Assembly: GCA_030704615.1 (NCBI GenBank)
Contig: CM060733.1
Coordinates: forward strand, 10,168,001-10,232,000
Source: Takakia lepidozioides
Lineage: Eukaryota > Plantae > Bryophyta
DNA: 64,000 bases
Direction of reading: 5' to 3'
Part shown: piece after piece, positions 24,844 to 38,035 of the stretch
Layout of the letters: each line of letters begins with the position of its first letter
Numbering within the stretch: the first letter of the stretch is position 1
Position numbers and translations under genes: made by a program
Notes under the pieces: generated by a model
Databases searched by the model: none
The model's input: the letters and a program-made list of their open reading frames with translations, nothing else
What the model was told of the DNA's origin: nothing

Positions 24844-26050
24844 CAATGACAATATGTCGCTGAAAAGGAAACGGGATTTCGTTGAGGCATGGAAAATGCG
24901 ACCCAGGGTCTTACGCAAAACAGGGAAGAGGGTTGGTGCCCCAACACCTGCAACACACATATACTCCACAATCCGGAGGATCGCAGACCGTATACCAGTT
25001 GTAAAGTAGAGTAGGAAATGTAGGAAATGGTACAGTATCATTCTCCCGATGAAATAAAATTTTGGCGGTACGATTGTGTTAGAGGACTGTCTGGGACTTA
25101 GACACTTATACGGGATCTGTAGGGTACCCTTAATTTTTGCACAGACTGAGACCAACAGGAGCCTTAGGGGTGACAGCAGCGCACTTTAGAAGGGGGTTAC
25201 ACAGCCCGTCACAGCCAACACAGCCCGTCACAACTTCACACAGCCTGACACAGCCCATCACAGCCAACACAGCCTGTCACAGCCGACACAGCCACACAGC
25301 CAGTCACAGCCCGACACAGCCAAACACAGTCGCACAGCCCGACACAGCCGGTCACAACCCGTCACAGTTTCACACAGCCAGTCACAGCTTGACACAGCTG
25401 TCACGACCATAGGGAAAGGATAGCAGGACAGGGAACGACTGTGGGGAACAACACCTGCGAAGGGAACATGTTAGTTCACGGACGACGGTTAGTGAGGGAA
25501 GCGGTTAAGAACAACGGGTAGGAAGATAAAACGGGGAGCAAGGACTGAAGGGGAGCACTTGACGGGGAGCACTTCTTGGTCATGCATGAGAGGGGATCGG
25601 GCGGAGAGCAAGAACGGAAGCAAAGATGGAGAGCACGGTGAAGGAGGAGAGATGATTAGTAGATGCTTGTTATATGCAAAGCTGTAGTGATATTGTAGAG
25701 CAGATTAGAGACACAATGGCTTCGGCCTGATACGTGATAAATCATAATCTGATACTTATACGATACAATCACAATGTGTAGAGAGATCTGAGTGAAGCTG
25801 TGGAATGAATAGATGAGTTGATGGAATCCGATAGATTGATGAAGCAAACTGATACTTAATTATCAATAGTAAGGTAGCTAACATGAATGCGGAAATGAAA
25901 ACAAATAGGAAACACCCCCATGATACACTAGCTGTAGGTCATGACTGATTGTTCTGAGCGGGCTGAGTACTTAGAGATTTCCAACTCTTCTATCTTGGAG
26001 TTTCCGCCTCGGATAGCGAAGGGATGGGTGAGTAAAAGCCGCGCGACATT

Positions 26051-26068
26051 TGGCGACCATACTGGGGA
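26051..26068 (+). promoter_or_regulatory. primer binding site (tRNA 3'-complementary)
   Basis: tggcgaccatactgggga, 2 bp after the LTR end CA. TGG start and Tat/Athila-like form. The cognate tRNA is not determined. Confidence 0.75.
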
Positions 26069-26658
26069 ACTGAGTCATGAACAACCAGATGTGACAGGCA
26101 TCTGGTGGGATCATGGTGGTTGGACCATTAAAGAATTTGAAGTGAATCAAATTCCCTGTGGAACGAAGGAAGAAAGATTGTCCAAACAATTCTTTCAAAG
26201 GTTCTTGGAATTGCCAGACGGTTGTAAAGAAAATATTCTTAAGCGAGTGCATGATGCTGATCCGGAATGGGGTCTGGAGAAAGGAGTGATAAAGATTTAT
26301 CAGGTAGCCTGTAGAGGAAGAGCACGGTGGTTACCAACATTGGTTTATGTGATAGCATTGCTATCCATTAAGCGAGTAGAGTTTGAAGGCTTGGAGGAAA
26401 GAAAGGTGAATGTTTATACTCATATGCATGAAGAGCTTGTACTGGTAAAGAATTGGATTCCAAAGGATATTTTGTGGATCAAACTCACACCAAGAACAGC
26501 TTTTCAGACTTGTTTGCCATATGGTTATATGGTAACGGAGACTTCAAGTATAACCAAGGGTGCATTGAAGCTTGAAAGAAACCCAGGCATATACGAGAGA
26601 TATTACAGAAGAGAGTTTTGGTTATTGCCACATTAAAAAGAAATGAAAGACATGGGAC

Positions 26659-29600
26659 ATGAGTGATGAAAGAGAAGATAGACGCCAGAGATATTCAGTA
26701 AAAAGAGAAAGCTATCTGAAAGCTAATTATCCATATCTTTGGGAGAGAGGAATAGACATAGGGGAATCATCTGGACCTCTCACACCATTAAGATCAAAGA
26801 GTACATCACCCATACCGGAAGAACTAGAGTTGGATGCCACTCCTTCTGTTTCTTTGCAAGAAAGATTAAGGGAATTGGTACGAGAAGAAGATCAATCACG
26901 AGGTGAAAGATCTGAGGTACATCCCTGGATAAAAGATTTGACAGAAATCTTTGATAAGAGTTGGCATGGAACACCAAAAGCAGGAACTCCAGTTTCTGAA
27001 GCGGAAGGTGAAGAAGGAGGAGAGGATGTGGCAGAGCCAACGGAGAGTTCAGACTCTCCAACACCATTACAGTTGAGTTACATGAGTGAAGAAGAAACCC
27101 AAGGACAGAACTTGGAGGATGAAAACAGGGAGAAGAAATTGGAAGAGTATGAAGAAGTAGACCCAACAGCTAAGGTTGAGACTACAACCAGGACATCCCA
27201 ACCCGTTGGACCTGGATCAAGTGGAGCACTTGGATCACAGGCCAACAAAGGTGTCGGCTCAGGGGGATCAGGCGGGCGGCCTGGATCTGGCTCTGGGGTG
27301 ACAGGGAGTGTGGGAAGTAGTGCAACTAAAGCTGGGAATACTGTGAATATCGTGGGGCCAGTAGCAGGGAGTGCTCAAGGGCCACCACTTGGTGGAAGAT
27401 CCACCACAAAAACAACAGGTCCAGAAGAACCAGCACCAGCAACGGTGAGGAAGATGATGATAATGAAGATGGCAGTGATATGCCTGAAGATGAAGAGACT
27501 TGGAAAGATGAGAAGGAACTGCACAAGGAAGTGGCAGATACCATAATGGAAATGCAGAAGAGTATTGATATTCCTGTGGCAGATTCCTCTGATTCTGATG
27601 AAGAAGAAGAAGGGAGTGAGGATGAAAGGAAGAAAGAAGATGCAGGCATGCAAAGTAATGAAGAGACTTTGGCTGAAGTAATATGCCAGACCAAAGCAGA
27701 GATTACCATTGGACAGCTATTGGTTGTGGCTCCTTATTGTAGGCACAAGCTGTATCAAGCAATCAATCGAATTGCCCAGGAGACAGGAAACACAGACCTG
27801 AACAGCTAGGTGACCAGTTATAATGTGAAGCGGGAAGGGCGAGAAACAGTCATGGACTTTGATGATTATATGCCAGTAATCCAATTGAGAATTGGAAGCA
27901 CAGAACTAACTGATGTACTGATAGATGGAGGTTCTGGAGTAAATATCATGACAGACCAATTAAGAAAGAAGCTTGGTCTAAGTAACATGAAACCAGCCCC
28001 ATTTACAGTAACAATGGCAGATCAAAGAAGTGTACAGCCATTGGGATTAATAAGAGGAGTTAAGATACAGATACAGAAAATGATCTTTATGATCACAGTA
28101 ACTGTGTTGAAGATGGATGAAGTCATGGAGGCTTACTCCTTATTATTGGGACGTCTGTGGCTGAAACAGGCCAGGGTATTCCATGACTGGAATTCCGAGT
28201 TACTAACCGTGCATAATGGGATACACGAGATACAAATTACCACAAAGAAATCTAGTAGATTACCTGCTACGAGAAGACCTCGAGGAGTCAGAGAGTATGA
28301 CTCGAAAGGAGGACTGGATGAGGAGCAGGAAGCTACCCTATTTGATGCACACCCAGAGTGGGAGCAGGTTGTAGAGATGCGGCTGGAAAGCGAAAGTTTT
28401 TTTAAGAGGTATCTGCTGTGGTGTAGTGACAGCAACACCAACTGAAGAGGAAACCAGCAGTTACCCATCACATTTCTATGAAGAAAGAGAAGGAGAAATG
28501 GAAATCCTAGAGGAACCAGCCACTGTGAGCTTACAGGATGAAGTGGTGACTGGTTGGACAATCTCAGCTGATGAGCAGGTGAGGGAAGTGAATGTGGGAC
28601 CTAAAGAGGAACCGAGGATGGTGAAAGTAGGAGCTGATTTGGAGCCGGAATTCTTTGAAGAAGCTAAAAGCTTGTTCATCAAATACAGAGATGTATTTGC
28701 TTGGAGCTATGAGGATCTAAAAGGGATACCACCTGAAGTCTGTCAGCATAAGATTGAACTGGAACCAGGGTCAGTACCAATCAAGCAGGCGAGGTACAGA
28801 ATGAATCCCAACTACGCACAGAAGGTTGGAGAAGAGATTAAGAATTTGGCTGAGGCTAAGTTTATATACCCAATAGAGTATACAACTTGGTTGTCACCCA
28901 TTGTTATAGTTCCCAAGAAGAATGGTAAACTAAGAGTATGTGTGAACTACAAGAAGCTGAATGCTTGTACGAAGAAAGATCATTTCCCTTTGCCATTCAC
29001 TGACGCAGTATTGGACACTGTGGCAGGCCATGAGATGTACTCATTCATGGATGGTTTCAGTGGTTATAATCAAGTGCAAGTGGCAGAAGAAGATCAAGGA
29101 AAGACAGCTTTCATCACAGACTGGGGTGCTTATGCATACAAAGTCATGCCCTTTGGACTTTGTAATGCACCAGCAACCTTTCAGAGAGTAATAAGTGAAT
29201 CTTTTCATGAGTATCTGGATGATTTCATGCATGTGTTCTTGGATGATTTCAGTGTGTACAGCTCTAAGAATGAGCACTTGCATAAATTGAAGTTATGTCT
29301 GGCCAGATGCAGGATGAGAGGTCTGGGCTTGAATCTAGAGAAGTGTACTTTCTATGTGAACTCAGGGGTGCTTCTGGGACACATTGTGTGTAAGAAGGGA
29401 CTTCTTATGGATCCCAGGAAGACAGAGTCCATTAAAGCCTCTCCACCACCAGTGAATGTTAAGAGTTTAAGGAGATTCCTTGGGCAAACCAGTTATTACA
29501 GAAGATTTGTCAAAAGGTATGCACAAATAGCAGCACCATTGAGTAAGCTTCTCAAGAAAGATGCAGTGTTTGCCTGGACAGCTGAATGTCAACAGGCGTT

Positions 29601-30686
29601 TGAGGAACTTACACTGTCAGTAACAACTACACCTGTGCTGATTAACCCTCACTAGCATATAGTATTTCATGTTCACTGCGATGCATCAGGAGAAGCGTTG
29701 GGAGCGGTGTTAGCCCAGAATGTTACAGGAAATATAGATTCACTTGTGTACTATGCTAGTAGGTTGATGAACAGTGCTGAAAGGAACTATAGCACAACTG
29801 AAAGAGAAGCACTGGCAATGATTTATGCAGTCAAGAAATTTAGGCATTACCTATTGGGAAGAAAGTTTATGTTTTATGTGGATCATCAGGCTCTAATATA
29901 TCTGGTGAACAAACCTTTGATAAGTGGAAGGATAGTGAGGTGGTTAATAATCTTGCATGAGTTTGAGTTCGAGGTTATTTACAAGCCTGGCCGTTTGCAT
30001 CTTGTAGCGGATCATTTGTCACGACTAACAACAGGAGAGGCCGCCACAGGAGTGGACGATCAGTTACCTGATGCGAGTTTATTTATAATGGAGGTGCAAG
30101 GAAGTGCAGATGAATGGTTAGATTGGCAGTGGTCAATCAGATACTACCTTACTCATGGTCAATGCCCACCTAGTTATGGTAAGGAGGAGAGGAAGAGAAT
30201 CGCTATCAAAGCTTTACCTTATACTATGGTAGGAAGCAGAATGTATAAGCTAGGACCTGATGGAGTACTAAAACGATGCTTGTACCACCATGAAGTAAAT
30301 AAAGTTTTGGAGGAAGTTCATAAAGGAGTGGCTGGAGGTCATTTTGGAGAAGAGACTACCAGTAGGAAGATGCTACTCGCAGGTTACTGGTGGCCTACTT
30401 TGTTCAAAGATGTACACGAGTATTGTCAGAGTTGTGATGAATGTCAGAGGCTAGGACCTTTGCAGAGATCTGGAAGGATGGCCTTGCATCCTACAATGCC
30501 TACGGAACCATTTCAGAAATGGGGACTAGACTTTGTTGGACCGATTAACCCACCAGCCAAGAATACATGGAACAGGTACATAATTACAGCCACTGATTAT
30601 ACTACGAAGTGGGTGGAAGCTAAAGCTTTGAGGGACAACACAGCCAAGTCCACAGCACGGTATGAGAACATACTTACACGATTTGG
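26659..30686 (+). pseudogene. pol: gag-pol of copy B (stops/frameshifts; integrase truncated)
   Basis: VLIDGGSGVNIM protease; KDHFPLP, MPFGLCNAPATFQR, FLDDF RT; RNase H; HHCC; WGLDFVGP. Confidence 0.92.
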
Positions 30687-32159
30687 CCAGTCACAGCTTG
30701 ACACAACTGTCACGACCATAGGGAAAGGATAGCAGGACAGGGAACGACTGTGGGGAACAACACCTGCGAAGGGAACATGTTAGTTCACGGACGACGGTTA
30801 GTGAGGGAAGCGGTTAAGAACAACGGGTAGGAAGATAAAACGGGGAGCAAGGACTGAAGGGGAGCACTTGACGGGGAGCACTTCTTGGTCATGCATGAGA
30901 GGGGATCGGGCGGAGAGCAAGAACGGAAGCAAAGATGGAGAGCACGGTGAAGGAGGAGAGATGATTAGTAGATGCTTGTTATATGCAAAGTTGTAGTGAT
31001 ATTGTAGAGCAGATTAGAGACACAATGGCTTCGGCCTGATACGTGATAAATCATAATCTGATACTTATATGATACAATCACAATGTGTAGAGAGATCTGA
31101 GTGAAGCTGTGGAATGAATGGATGAGTTGATGGAATCCGATAGATTGATGAAGCAAACTGATACTTAATTATCAATAGTAAGGTAGCTAACATGAATGCG
31201 GAAATGAAAACAAATAGGAAACACCCCCATGATACACTAGCTGTAGGTCATGACTGATTGTTCTGAGCGGGCTGAGTACTTAGAGATTTCCAACTCTTCT
31301 ATCTTGGAGTTTCAGCGAAGGGATGGGTGAGTAAAAGCCGCGCAACAGATTGCATGTGCACCAGACTTCCAGCCTGTCTGCCAACCAGCCTGGTAAACCA
31401 GTCTTCTGGCGTCTGAACCAGTATGCTCAACCAGTCTTCTGGTGTCTGAACCAGTCTGTTGTACCATACTGGGACTCAGTCTTCGAACAGTTTGCTGTGC
31501 CAGCCTTCTCCTCAACAAACCAATCTCCCGGTTCTGAACGTGCCTGCACTTGGCTGACCAGTGAGCCTCATGCGGTTTGCCCATCAGACTGGCCATTCTC
31601 AGTACGGTGGACTCTCACTTACTCTACTGACCAGACTTGGTATACTACTAGCCAATGCCATCCGCATGTACTCTACCACTCCGGTGACTCTCGACATTCT
31701 GCTCACCAGTGCAGACTCATGGTTCCCAATCGCATCTGCCAGTCTGCCGGACTGGTCCCAACTCCTCAATCTGTCGGACTCTCGTCAGTCTGGCGACATT
31801 GCACTCTGTCTGCTCACAAGCCTAGGCATACCCTCTTCCCGTACTTTGGCAGTCTGCTGACTCTCGGCTGTTTGCTGACCAGTGGACTCCCTTGGTATGT
31901 TAAACAAAATGATTGTGTGTGCAGGGGTAAGTCCACTTAACAACATGCAGTGAATTGGTCACAAGTCTACAACGACTATTCCACACTGCACTCATATGCG
32001 ACCAATAGGATGTGTATGCAAAGTCATATTTTATTTCGTTGCAAATGCTCAAAAGCATGCTTACATGACAAATGCGTCCTATGGTGCACCTCTAATCTCG
32101 GGCCCAGATGGATATCTATGAGGATGTTGTTTTCTCAGCAGCGGTCAAACCAGTCAAGA

Positions 32160-35100
32160 TGTACTTAAGACACTACATCTGTTGGCCAAGTGCAAACTTG
32201 AACGTAAACCAGTGTTTCGTGAAAGGTACTCCTCTCTCTGCCCTTTAAGAAGAGGTTCGACTATGCCCAGTTTGTAGCCATTCATAATATCCTTGGATGA
32301 AGGACATGACGTAAAACCCGCATTCCCAGCTGAATGGTTGTTGGGGCACTTCAGGCTGGTTGAACTGAAATGCCCTAACCTCCTCCCAACCCGGTGAATC
32401 AACACTGTAGCCTAAACACTCCGCATGCAGCTTCCGTATCCATGACAAAACATATGACAGTCTGCAAGGCACTGTCATTGTGTTGACTGCTTTCAGTCTG
32501 CTGGATGGTCTGGTCATTGGTATGCTGCACAGTCTGCTAGTGCACAACCAGGTCATCCGTCTGCAGCCCGGTCTGGTCATTGGTATGCTGGACGGTCTGC
32601 TTGACAATGACGTCATTGGTATGCTGCACGGTCTAGTGCAGAGGCAGTCCTTCAGTCTGGTCGCCGGTCTGCTCATGAGTCTCCTCGTCCTCGGTGTGGC
32701 CTGTAGTACGCCCACTCTCCTGAACAATGGCTGGGATAGTGTTGACAGTCTGTCCATGCTCTTTTTGTTGCAGGGGTCAGTCTGCTGAGCAATGGCGTCG
32801 TCAGCAGTCTGCTGAACGGTGTCATGGAGTCCCTGTAACACCATCACAACATCACGTGCACCTCTGGCAAGGGAATCAAAAGCACACTGCACGTGCTCGT
32901 CTAAATCGGACATTCCTGAAACAGATGAGTTGGACAAAGTGAGTCTGACAGGATGGTGGAAGAAAAGACCATGAACTTCACAACGGTCCAGAAGAAGTCG
33001 GCATTACCTTCTAGGAGGTTGCCAATGAGACCAATATCTTTGATTTGGCGTCCCAAGCATGCTCCATCGAGATGGCGAAATGCTGGCATGCGGTTTTCAA
33101 ATGGGGAGCCACACCAAAGGACTTTGAACACATCCGGTCTGTTCAACACAATATCGAACACTGCTCGCTCCATTACCGCAGCAACCATTGCAACGCCTCA
33201 TCCACAACACTCTTCTTACCCGCATCCGAATATAAATGAAACAAATACTTCCTCAAACTTTGCAGGTCCTTTACCAATTTGCTGTATGAACGGAAATTGC
33301 CGAACTGCATCCATCGATGGTGAAGGAAAGAATTAGCAATGCGATCAAAGTACTTTTCAGTAATTCCAAGCAAGTGCTTTCCCCGCACCCCAAAAGTAGG
33401 ATGTGCCATGGGCATATGTCTAAGTTCCTGAGGCCGTGGGTCATCCATGAGGATTAATTGGACAAGCAGTGGCGGGGCATTTTGGACCTTTGTGGCTGTC
33501 AGGGCAATAGAATGTGAGCTTTCGAGGACTTCATTCACTTCTGCCATAGTAAATTCCATGGAATAATGAAAGGGAACAAAGGCCACCAGCCGTCCGTGAC
33601 AATGCGATGGAGCTCATTATACCAATCCACATTGGCATTCACTTCCCCCGCCCTCAGACGGGCAAGTGTCAGGTCCACAGCTTCGGGATCAATGAGCGGC
33701 AATGGCGAGCGCCAAACTCCAAAAAGTCCCATGGTGGTCGTGACAATGGGAGTCTGCTGGACAACACTGTGGTGGATGGGCGTCTTCTGGGTGGCAGTCT
33801 GCTGGTTGGGAGTCTCCTGAATAACAGTCTGCTGGTTGGGAGTCTGCAAAGCAGTCTGCTGGATGAGAGTATGCTGGACGAGAGTCTGGTACATTGGAGT
33901 ATGCTGGACAAAACTGTGCTAACTATGAGTCTGGTGGGAAAGAGTCTGCTGGGCAAGAGTCTGCTGGATGCCAGATTAGGTGAGCTCTGTGTCCACCGAG
34001 TCTGCAGTGAGTATGGTGTTGACCGGGGAGTTGGCGCGTGCTTTGTCTAAAGAGTCCAGTGCTGCTATGGCGTCTACTGAGCCAGGGTACTTAAACAAGA
34101 TGTACTCCCGCACCCGCTCCACTTCCCGGCGCACCGCATTCACTACTAAAGGAGGGTCGGAGCTCACCGTCCGCCAAGCACACATGGCCTCCCGAATATT
34201 GGCTCGTTCATTTTGGTATATGACATAAAACCCAAAAACTCAGCATCGGACTCACTAGCAGCAGACTCATGAGTAGACTCACCAGCATCGTGGCACAGAA
34301 CAAAGGAACCAGCGGACTCCAGGGACTGACAAACAAGTCCACAAGCAGGGGACTGACCAGCAGGTCCACAAGCATGGGACTGACCAGCAAGTCCACAAGC
34401 AGACTGACGTAGCAGACCGAGCAGGTAGACTACCAACTACAAGCAGACTCACGAGCATCGTGGCATAAAACAAAGGAACTAGCGGATTCCAGCGGACTCA
34501 CGAGCAGACTCACAAGCATCGTGGCACAGAACAAAGGAACCAGCGGACTCCAGCAGACTCAACGACAAGAGACACCTGCGCACGTATAGTAGACTGAACC
34601 AGCAGACTCTATGACAACAGACACCTGCGCACAGTGGACTGCATAAGGGGACTGTACTACTGGACTCTGGAAGCAAGACGAGCAAATTCATGGGACTGAC
34701 CAGCAAGTCCACAAGCAGACTGACGCAGCAGACTGAGCAGGTAGACTACCACAACTGTGGGGACAGACTGGGCATTACCTCCTCCTCATCGTCAACACAG
34801 ACGTCCTCCTCATCTTTAAGGGAGCTCAACCAATTTTCCTCCGCTGCTCGGATTGCTGAGCTGTCCGGACTGGGCGAAACTGTAGAAAAAACGGAAGAAG
34901 TCTGGATCGTCCACTGGCGGGCACACCGATGAGAGAAGCCCAAATGGTATGAGGCGCAATGTGCTAGGATAGACTCCACTAGTAGTCTCTTTTGACTGGA
35001 CTTCGTCCACATGAACCCTCGACTAGTCAGGCAAGACAATGTCGACGGGAGATGAGATACCTCCCAGACCTGCGAATTCATCATTCCGAATGATGTTTGC

Positions 35101-35788
35101 AGACGGCTCAGCAGACTGGCTCTCACTCAAAGTACTGATGGTCTGCATGTGTTGTGTAGACCGTCTCCCTGGCACAGCCCGTGACACTTCCCGACTGCCT
35201 TGGGGACAAGTCTACTGTTGAGATTTTGCCCTCGCCTCCCGAGTAGACCTTGCAGCCTTTTCTCTTTCTTTCTTCTGGGCCTCATCACTAAGTTTCCTTT
35301 TTCTGGGAGCCACAGGTAATGGCGATGTCAGGTCATACACATCTTGCATTGAAACAGTAGAACCCACCCCATACCATGCGCGCACCTCGCCAAAGTGCGG
35401 GCCTTTGGGTTTGCGCCACGGAGTCTGGCGGTGGCCGCATTCACCACCCTCATTGAACTTTGAACTGGCCACGGCTTGAAGCCAGGTGGGATATAGTGCT
35501 TGTTTTTTCAACCCGTGTCAACACAATGGCGGTTTAGCTGCATTTGTCCTTGATAATTTCACTACAGAATGGACAGTGGAGCTTATCTTTCTGCCAGTTG
35601 GAGTCTGCAGGCTTGATTGCGTGGAGGTCTAAGAATGCTTCGACTATTCTTGCATCATACTCCTCAGGTGAGTACCAGTACCTTTGCTCCTTTAGCCTGG
35701 ACTTGTGCATGAAATGCAACCAGTCTGTTCCACCCTTTGCACAAGCATCCTCCATGACTGCAGAATCAGACAAGAGATGTAGCGGCAA
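32160..35788 (-). pseudogene. Ulp1/C48-like peptidase cargo gene of outer MULE (spliced, disrupted)
   Basis: VPQQPFSWECGFYVMSFI matches the C48 PQQxNxxDCGxY motif, with an upstream AFDSL. The catalytic His is not clearly visible and the upstream exon structure is uncertain. Confidence 0.6.
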
Positions 35789-37621
35789 TGAGCGACAGAC
35801 AGACTAAGAATAAGAAAGCAGAGAAGAGCGGAAAAGAGAATGGAAAGAAACCAAAGCACAAAGCACAAAGAGGAAAGCTCACCGGGCGTGTTGCGGAGGC
35901 GGCGGTTGTTGCGACAATTCGGTGCTCACGCGACTGTCCGCGCCTCGAAAAGCTAACACGCACAGAGGAAAGCGGGCTCGCACAAATGGGAGGTGGATGG
36001 GCCCTAAACAAAACAGTGCGAAAGAAGTCCAATGGGAAGTGGAGAACATGTATAACCCTGCATGCGCGGAGTGACGTGGCGAGATTTCACTGGCGCCCCT
36101 TTTTGGCCACCATCGCATTAAATAGATGCAGACCCCGCACACGTGCTGGCGGTATGCCACTGCATGGAAAAACTCGTATGCCACTGCACGGACTATCGTC
36201 AGTCTGCCGTCGTTGCATTCATTAAGTCCAGCAGACTTACTCATGATGACAAAGACGGACGAGCAGACCCAATACCCTCGACAATAGACTCATATGCCAC
36301 CGCAAGGACAGACTGACGACTGAGGTTAAGCGGACTGACAAAGAGACTAAGGCGAGTGCGGAGTCTGATGACGTGCCGCGACGTGACTGGGCCTCCTTAC
36401 CGCCGTCGCTGCATTTATTGCGTCCAACAGATTTAAACCTAATGACATAACGGCCGAACAGACCCACTGCAAACAAACTTGCGCAACAATAGACTCATAT
36501 GCCACTGCACGGACAGTCCAGCAGACGGAAGGTTCAACAGACTGACGAAGAGACTGACGCAGAGTAATTTGCGTGACAACAGACTGATTTCTAACAGACT
36601 AATATCCCAAAAGACAAAGTATCCTCTAGGCGACCGGGTGATACAGGAGTAAACCGTAAACCGCACTTTCTGTCCGAGTTCGGACGTGGCGAGAGATCAC
36701 TGGCGCCCCTTCCCGCCGTCGTTGCATTAATAGGTCCAGCAGACTTACACGTGATCATAATGACGGCTCAACGGACCCAGCGCAGACAGACTTGCGCCAC
36801 AGTAGACTGACTTTGTGACAGTCCAGCTGACTGATATCAGAAGAGACGGACAGACCAGTAGTCCGATGGCTCAGCAGACTCACGACAATGCGGATAATTA
36901 AAAGGTAGTAGTTAAACGGACTCATATCCGAAGAGACGGACTTCCAGCTGACCAACGGTTCAACAGACTGACGAGAGAAGAGACTTCGGGGATATGACGA
37001 GATAAGAGACTTTGGGGATAAGACGAGAGAAGACACTTCGGAATTCGGCAGGTAGTGACGGCCCAGTAGTCCAGTGAAGAACAGACTCGCGCCACACCAG
37101 ACTTGTATCCTTACAGACCAACAGTCCAGTAGACCAGACTGATATCCCATCAGAACCACGCTTGGCGTCGCTGTCATGCCGTGGTTGCATTTCATCCGTC
37201 CAGCAGACTTGCATATGCCCATACTCATGGCACAACACACTGCTTAGAGAAAGTATTGACAAAGACCAGTCGAAGAGCCTGTTGATCCACGCGCATTCGC
37301 AGTCGTAAGGACCTTGAACATCCACAAGCAACGTCAATCCACATCTCTCAGGCTACGTCTCCTTTCCCATTGTCCAGTTTTCAAGGAGACGGTACAACGA
37401 CGCTACCGCGTGAGCGTGTGAGCGTACGCTCACACAATGATGACGTGGCGTGAGCCTACGCTCACGCTGCTGACATGGCGCTGATGCTGACGTGGCGTGA
37501 GCCTGGTCCAGGTCATGCCACGTCACCACAAAGAAGGTGGGCCTATAACCGTGGAGCCCCGAACTGCTGATTTCACCACATGAAGGTGAAACGGATGAAG
37601 GGTTTTGGGCTTCTGGAGTTC

Positions 37622-37853
37622 AACCTTCTGTTAACAGGAGCTTCATTTCGTAGAACTGAAATGAACCTCGTGTCGACACAAGGGGGATTTGGAGAACTTC
37701 AACAAAACCTCGTGTTAACACAAGGTTGTTTTCCTGGAACAAAAATGAACTTCGTGTTGACACGATGTTGTTTTCTGAGAACTAAAATCATCCTTGTGTC
37801 AACACAAGGAGGATTTGGAGAACTTCAAGTAAACCTCGTGTTGAGACGAGGTT
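37622..37853. repeat. six 22-bp palindromes at an exact 42-bp period
   Basis: Units start at 37622, 37664, 37706, 37748, 37790 and 37832, e.g. aacctcgtgttaacacaaggtt. Confidence 0.92.
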
Positions 37854-38035
37854 GATTTGATCATCTGTCTATCTGAAGGTAGTTTCTTGTGTTTGCTAAT
37901 GAAAAGAGAATGACAAACCAATGCGACAAATGCATTGACCCACGCATAGCAAAGATGTTTGACGTCATACATTGAGAGTCACTGGACTTGAATAGTCATT
38001 CCATTACAAGTTGTAGTCAAGGAAAACACCGATTT

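Larger units (their letters stand above)
25077..31347 (+). mobile_element. Ty3/Gypsy copy B with internal deletion; TSD GATTG
   Basis: gattg at 25072-25076 and 31348-31352. 5' LTR 25077-26048. Integrase is joined directly to the interior of the 3' LTR at ~30686. Confidence 0.95.

Noticed and set aside
37622-37853. CRISPR array (palindromic repeats at regular spacing)
   Set aside because: The 20-bp linkers are related to each other (two types) rather than unique, there are no cas genes, and the context is a eukaryotic TE.
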